A stretch of 32,000 bases of DNA, taken from Candidatus Nitrosopumilus koreensis AR1 (GTDB taxonomy: Archaea; Thermoproteota; Nitrososphaeria; Nitrososphaerales; Nitrosopumilaceae). A program made the translations under genes and the position numbers. Numbering within the stretch: the stretch's first letter is position 1; each line of letters opens with the position of its first letter. This document shows positions 27,231 through 32,000 of this stretch, in pieces. The stretch lies in contig NC_018655.1 of the NCBI RefSeq assembly GCF_000299365.1, positions 750,001-782,000 on the forward strand. Direction: 5' to 3'. The notes below the pieces were generated by a model. It saw nothing but the letters and a program-made list of their open reading frames with translations, had not been told where the DNA came from and searched no databases.

Positions 27231-28439
27231 TCAAGTCAATAACGTAAACTGAACGTTCTTCTTTCGTAATACTTCGATTAATGCATCTGCTTGTTCTTTT
27301 CCCTGAGTTTCCAGATTCATAGTAACTGAGGCTGAACCTGCACTGACATTTGAGCTCAGTCTATCATGAACAACCTCAACGATGTTTGCATTGGCAAGAG
27401 TGATTTCATCAACAATTTCTTTGAATGCTCCTGGCCTGTCAGGCAACAAAATTGATATTTTTAACAATCTACCCATAGCTGCTAACCCTTTATCTACAAT
27501 CTGTCCTAAAAGATACATGTCTACATTTCCTCCAGCTAACACTGTAACTACTTTTTTACCTGGCGCTGGTTTTTTTGAAATCAGATATGCAAGACTTGCA
27601 GCTCCTGCAGGTTCCACTACAAATTTCATTCTCTCCATTAACAGAAACATTGTTTTTGTAATTTCAGCATCGTCTACAAGAACAACTTCGTCAATCAATT
27701 CTTTAATTATGTTAAATGTAAGTTGGCCGGGAATTTTTACAGATATGCCATCTGCAATTGTTCTTGCACCGCCACTTGCAGTTATTGCACCTTGTTTAAC
27801 TGATTCATACATTGACGGAAATGATCTTGATTGCACTCCAACCACTCGTACGTTTGGATTTTTTTCTTTGATTGCAATTAGGATCCCTGCCGCCAACCCT
27901 CCTCCACCTATTGGAATATAAACTTCATCAACGTCTGGCAAGTCCTCTAGTATTTCTAATCCGATAACACCTTGCGCTGCAATGATTTGAGGATCATCAA
28001 ATGCGTGTATCATTGTAGCACCTGTTTCCTTGGCAATTTCTTTTGCCTTGGCAGATGATTCATCATAGTTGATCCCCTCTAAAACCACATTTGCGCCATA
28101 GCCTTTTGTTGCTGCTACCTTTGCAGGAGATGCATTCTTTGGCATGACAATTGTACATGGTATGCCTTCAAGGGAGGATGCAAATGCGACACCCTGTGCA
28201 TGATTTCCTGCAGATGCAGCAACTACACCATGTTTTTTTTCATCTTCAGATAATGATTTTATTTTGTAATATGCACCACGGATTTTAAACGATCCAGTTT
28301 TTTGTCTAAATTCTGCTTTGAGATAAACCTCAGATTCTGTAATATCACTAAAAGTAGGCGAATGGATTAACGGAGTCTTTTTTATTTTATCTCCTCGCAT
28401 AGAATTTGCTTTTTGTATTTCCTCAAATGTTGGATTCAT
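27231..28439 (-). CDS. ilvA: Threonine ammonia-lyase with C-terminal ACT domain
   Basis: KTGSFKIRGAYYKI, AASAGNHAQGVA, GGGGLAAGI and C-terminal ISILLPDRPGAFKEIVDEITLANANIVEVVHDR. Confidence 0.92.
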   Translation of the reverse strand: MNPTFEEIQKANSMRGDKIKKTPLIHSPTFSDITESEVYLKAEFRQKTGSFKIRGAYYKIKSLSEDEKKHGVVAASAGNHAQGVAFASSLEGIPCTIVMPKNASPAKVAATKGYGANVVLEGINYDESSAKAKEIAKETGATMIHAFDDPQIIAAQGVIGLEILEDLPDVDEVYIPIGGGGLAAGILIAIKEKNPNVRVVGVQSRSFPSMYESVKQGAITASGGARTIADGISVKIPGQLTFNIIKELIDEVVLVDDAEITKTMFLLMERMKFVVEPAGAASLAYLISKKPAPGKKVVTVLAGGNVDMYLLGQIVDKGLAAMGRLLKISILLPDRPGAFKEIVDEITLANANIVEVVHDRLSSNVSAGSASVTMNLETQGKEQADALIEVLRKKNVQFTLLT

Positions 28440-28562
28440 TAGAAATGATGCTAAGAAAACGATGTATTTGACTTCTTCTATACAAAAATTATTTTTTTTG
28501 TCAAATTTTATGCGTAAATTTCTAGGAATGCCTAAATACTTGGGAGGTTTCGTTGAAATTAT

Positions 28563-28618
28563 ATCAAGGAATCAGATACTCCCCTTTGAGAAAATTTCTC
28601 ATTTTCTGGTTCCTTGGT
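28563..28618. repeat. Intergenic inverted repeat with nested hairpin
   Basis: ATCAAGGAATCAG (28563-28575) pairs with CTGGTTCCTTGGT (28606-28618) over 13 bp with two G-U pairs as + strand RNA. The interior has gagaaa-a-tttctc. Confidence 0.5.
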
Positions 28619-28627
28619 CTTCGTTTA

Positions 28628-29476
28628 TCAAATAATTATATTTGCAAATTCATCTAACCGTTTGATTATGTTTTCTTTTGTTGAATCCGACATTTTTCTC
28701 GGATCAAACAATCCTTCTCTAGTATTATTTTTTACAAACTCTAAATCAAATGTACATAAACATCCTTCTTCACCAGTAACAAGTTTTGAATCATCAATTA
28801 ATACAGGTGTTATCTGATATGTTTCAACTAAAAGAGAATCTAATTCATTAAACAATTGTGTCTTTTTTTCAGATAGTTTTTGAAAGTCTACACCAGACTG
28901 TTTCTCAATTTCTGCAAAGACTTTTTCTCTAAACTCATCATTTTCATAAAACACTTCAAATAGTTTTTGATGATCAAAGTCTTTGTACCCCATTTCTTTT
29001 AGTTTATCCAAAACAAACTGATCACTATTGTCTGAAAATTCCTGTTCTTTGTTTTTTGTAATATCGATAATCGTTGATAATTCCTTTTGACAATCGATTA
29101 CCCTTTGAATCGGTTTGTAATATAGCAAAACATGGAATTGAATGGAAACATGTCCTGAAATCAAATAATTTCCCTCCATGATTTCAAATTTCATAAAAAT
29201 TCTCCTAATGTCTTCATTGTTAGATATGGTTACATCCTGAATAGACCAGTTTTTCAGATTTTTACTGATGTCTTGAAAATAGTCCATTACCAGTTTTGGA
29301 TCAAATGTTTTTTGTTCAGATACTGTGGAATCGCCCAACATCACTTTGACATCGATCATTTTTGTCATGTCAGAAATTTTTGCAAGGAATGATTTTTGAA
29401 TTTCTTCATTCTTTTTATTCAAAAGTTGAATGAATTCATTTTGAGATCTTGCACCTAAACGCACATGAATTAGCAA
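28628..29476 (-). CDS. Hypothetical protein
   Basis: 282 aa ORF with no family motif recognised. Confidence 0.6.
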   Translation of the reverse strand: MLIHVRLGARSQNEFIQLLNKKNEEIQKSFLAKISDMTKMIDVKVMLGDSTVSEQKTFDPKLVMDYFQDISKNLKNWSIQDVTISNNEDIRRIFMKFEIMEGNYLISGHVSIQFHVLLYYKPIQRVIDCQKELSTIIDITKNKEQEFSDNSDQFVLDKLKEMGYKDFDHQKLFEVFYENDEFREKVFAEIEKQSGVDFQKLSEKKTQLFNELDSLLVETYQITPVLIDDSKLVTGEEGCLCTFDLEFVKNNTREGLFDPRKMSDSTKENIIKRLDEFANIII

Positions 29477-29535
29477 ATTATTGTTCTCCTTAAACCTTCA
29501 TCAATATCTAAATACATAATGAGGGAATTCTAGGC

Positions 29536-29658
29536 GTGGAGAATTCAGAATATAGATGTGATGATTGTGATGGAGAGATTACAGAATATTATCATGAAGG
29601 ATATAAGGGAAAAAGAGGAAAATGCCTTGATTGTGGTCAAGAATTCCCCTTGGAGTAG
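29536..29658 (+). CDS. 40-aa zinc-ribbon microprotein
   Basis: GTG start. Hand translation: MENSEYRCDDCDGEITEYYHEGYKGKRGKCLDCGQEFPLE*. Two CxxC pairs, ending 6 nt before the cyclase gene. Confidence 0.55.
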   Translation: MENSEYRCDDCDGEITEYYHEGYKGKRGKCLDCGQEFPLE

Positions 29659-29664
29659 AGCGAC

Positions 29665-30480
29665 ATGACAGAAGAAAACACGGTAAAAGAATCTGACAAT
29701 GTGAAAGAAAAATCAAGTTCCGACCAAAAAAATGAATTGGTAGATATGTTGCTAAGTTCTGCATCTGAAAAAACATTGGATTCAGAATCTATGATTTTAG
29801 AAACTCAAAAACGAGTTTGGGGTGCGTTGAAAAAAGGCTACCAATACTTGGGCGTTGTCAATGAATCAGACAAATTTTTGAGGAAAAATGTATTTTCTAA
29901 ATTGGATCTTGTTGTAATCTATGTTGATTTGGTAGGTTCAACAACCATGACACTGGAAATGCCTGAAGAGAAAATTGCAATCATAATTAGCTCTTTTGCA
30001 CAAGAGATGGCAGCAGTGATACGACAGCATGAAGGATATGTCTTAAAATTTGTAGGAGACGCAGTTATAGGATATTTTGATGCACAAAGTAATGGGTTAC
30101 TTGCATCAGATAATGCAGTTAATTGTGCAAAATCTATGATTTCAGTAATCCAAAAAGGAATTAATCCAATTCTTAATCAGTATGATTACCCTGACCTGAT
30201 GGTAAAAATTGGTGTTGATTTTGGACAAAATATTGTAGTAAGATATGGTGCTGATGAAAACCAGTCACAGGTAGACATAATTGGTCCTGCCATGAATATT
30301 GCGGCTAAAATTCAAAACATGGCAAAGCCTAATCAGATTTTAATTGGAAATGATGTATACAAAAGATTGCATCCTAACTCTCAAAGAGAATTTGCTGAAG
30401 TGGTGTGGAAAAAAGATGAATGGCGATATCGTTCCAGAATTACTGGAGAACTTTACAAAGTTTATGAATTCAAAGGATAA
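29665..30480 (+). CDS. Class III adenylate/guanylate cyclase catalytic domain protein
   Basis: VVIYVDLVGSTTMTLE, LKFVGDAVIGYFD, VDIIGPAMNIAAKIQNMAKPNQILIGNDVY. Confidence 0.85.
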   Translation: MTEENTVKESDNVKEKSSSDQKNELVDMLLSSASEKTLDSESMILETQKRVWGALKKGYQYLGVVNESDKFLRKNVFSKLDLVVIYVDLVGSTTMTLEMPEEKIAIIISSFAQEMAAVIRQHEGYVLKFVGDAVIGYFDAQSNGLLASDNAVNCAKSMISVIQKGINPILNQYDYPDLMVKIGVDFGQNIVVRYGADENQSQVDIIGPAMNIAAKIQNMAKPNQILIGNDVYKRLHPNSQREFAEVVWKKDEWRYRSRITGELYKVYEFKG

Positions 30481-30492
30481 TGTGGTTTTTAA

Positions 30493-30639
30493 TTATACTG
30501 TAAATTTATCAGGGCATTCAACATGCTCATAATGATGTTCGGTGAATTTTTCCTGAACAACGTAGATCACAATCTTGTGTAGATCTTTTTCTGCAATGTC
30601 TTTCTTGCATTTCAAACAAGTCTTTTTCATTTCTGCCAT
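30493..30639 (-). CDS. 48-aa Cys/His-containing microprotein
   Basis: Hand translation: MAEMKKTCLKCKKDIAEKDLHKIVIYVVQEKFTEHHYEHVECPDKFTV*. CxxC and HxxC spacing. Confidence 0.5.
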   Translation of the reverse strand: MAEMKKTCLKCKKDIAEKDLHKIVIYVVQEKFTEHHYEHVECPDKFTV

Positions 30640-30776
30640 GCGTACCAGCGATCTAAACTGGGAATCTATAAGGATCTGCGATCAGCTCAAATTGAGCAAA
30701 AACGACTCAGATTTTACAAAACCGTATATCAAATGCCTAAAGCAAGGCAGAAATAGAGCAAATTCAAACCAAATTT

Positions 30777-31148
30777 GTGGAAAACATGATACACAAACAC
30801 CTACAGGACCTTTACGGATTAAATCCAAACATCCCACATGTAGCGTTACAATTTCCTCGATTACCACCAGGATTAACACATCCAATGTTTAAGATTCACA
30901 AAAATCCTGCCAAAGAACAATTTTCACGAGATGTAGAAACAATTAATCAAAAACTTCAAGGATTCCAACATCTGTACCAACAATATGCTGCAAGTTTGTT
31001 ATCAGGAAACCAAATAATTCCTCCAGGTCATCCATTATATACAAAACAACACTCTCTTCAAACACTTCAAGATGAAAACAGTAAACTGTTAAAAGAAAAC
31101 AACGAATTAAAGAAAAAACTAGAAAACAAATCAAAAAAACAAGATTGA
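30777..31148 (+). CDS. Hypothetical protein with C-terminal coiled coil
   Basis: 123 aa ORF. Pro/His-rich N-terminal half and heptad-like KLLKENNELKKKLENKSKK tail. Confidence 0.55.
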   Translation: MENMIHKHLQDLYGLNPNIPHVALQFPRLPPGLTHPMFKIHKNPAKEQFSRDVETINQKLQGFQHLYQQYAASLLSGNQIIPPGHPLYTKQHSLQTLQDENSKLLKENNELKKKLENKSKKQD

Positions 31149-31204
31149 AAAAATATCTCGGCTTGCAAAATCAGTAAGAATCCTTATTAATTCCAAACCC
31201 AATT

Positions 31205-31597
31205 TTGTGTATGGTCAAAACTCCTGCAGACAAATGGAAATCAACCATAATAAAATACAGGAAACAGTGTCAAAAAATTTTAGAGATATCTCAAAGTGTA
31301 AGATACGCAGGAGTTATCAACGTCTATGGTAGAACCTTAGCTGGAATTGTTCAACCAAATCTTAAACCATTACTAAAATCTGAACAAGTAAAAAATGAAT
31401 TTTTTATTATCTCAACTCTAATGTCTTTACGAAAAAATACAGCAAGTACTGTAGGGAAATTAGAATATGTCATATTGCAACATCAGAAAGTTACAATACT
31501 CATTCTACAAAAAAATGACCTTACATATTATGTTTCAATCAATAGAAAAGAAAAAGACTTGAAGAAGATTATTTCTTCAATAAAGAAAATAGTCTAA
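31205..31597 (+). CDS. Hypothetical protein, possibly roadblock/LC7-like fold
   Basis: 130 aa ORF with alternating alpha/beta pattern. Fold guess is weak. Confidence 0.55.
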   Translation: MCMVKTPADKWKSTIIKYRKQCQKILEISQSVRYAGVINVYGRTLAGIVQPNLKPLLKSEQVKNEFFIISTLMSLRKNTASTVGKLEYVILQHQKVTILILQKNDLTYYVSINRKEKDLKKIISSIKKIV

Positions 31598-32000
31598 GCA
31601 GGTGTGAATCCGTGATATCCACCAGTTTGTTCCGCTTTATCTGAGAAACTTGGTTCAAACAAGGAAATCAAATAATCATCAGGATCTGAAATTACCGCAT
31701 TTTTTCCTGCATCTTTTTCAACTATCTCGCGATGAATTTTTACTCCTTTTCCTCTCAATTCCTCAACTGCAGATTTTACATCTCCGACCAAAAAACCAAT
31801 TGTAATGCCACTCTCAAGAGCATTTCCATGTTTTTCAGTTATTGAAGCAGGGTGCAAGCTCAACAAAGCTCCTGAAGTGCCCAAATCTACCCATGTTCTT
31901 CTTTGATTTTTTATTGGCAGTCCAATAACCTCATTGTAGAACTGAACTGATTTGTCTAGGTCTTTTACAGCCAGAATGACATTTCCGACTTTTTTAATAT
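31594..32000 (-). CDS. VOC/glyoxalase superfamily protein (5' end outside the window)
   Basis: The frame is open to the window edge: ...VGNVILAVKDLDKSVQFYNEVIGLPIKNQRRTWVDLGTSGALLSLHPA...DPDDYLISLFEP. Confidence 0.8.
   Translation of the reverse strand, partial: IKKVGNVILAVKDLDKSVQFYNEVIGLPIKNQRRTWVDLGTSGALLSLHPASITEKHGNALESGITIGFLVGDVKSAVEELRGKGVKIHREIVEKDAGKNAVISDPDDYLISLFEPSFSDKAEQTGGYHGFTPA

Noticed and set aside
27382-27921. 179-aa + strand ORF inside ilvA
   Set aside because: Fully antisense to a confidently identified threonine ammonia-lyase, and its translation has no protein-family character.
1-32000. tRNA, rRNA, CRISPR array, transposase or integrase genes
   Set aside because: Intergenic regions were read for T-loop-like strings, regular spaced repeats and mobile-element proteins; none was convincing. 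A tRNAscan-SE run would be decisive for tRNAs.

Overview
This AT-rich, gene-dense archaeal chromosome segment is most consistent with a marine ammonia-oxidising thaumarchaeon (Nitrosopumilus-like; inferred from protein character, not searched). Housekeeping content includes bioD (cut at the left edge), a prohibitin/SPFH protein, HMG-CoA synthase, a DsbA-like protein, type II GAPDH, a CNNM/CorC-type protein, thrC, a SAM methyltransferase, a thiolase/DUF35/LLM-oxidoreductase group, a sugar nucleotidyltransferase, purK/purE, ilvA, a class III nucleotidyl cyclase and a VOC protein (cut at the right edge). No rRNA, tRNA, CRISPR array or transposase was recognised. Main points of interest: (1) a tightly coupled membrane GT2 synthase plus secreted polysaccharide deacetylase with tandem C-terminal WIKNNAGWWADG repeats, converging on a receiver/zinc-ribbon regulator; (2) three ORFs interrupted at A/T homopolymers (an AbiTii-like gene, a thiolase and a small Zn-binding protein), two of them at in-phase A_AAA_AAR heptamers, so either sequence errors or frameshifting; (3) several Cys-rich microproteins missed by the ORF track, including two in a convergent pair and one directly upstream of the cyclase; (4) a few intergenic inverted repeats.
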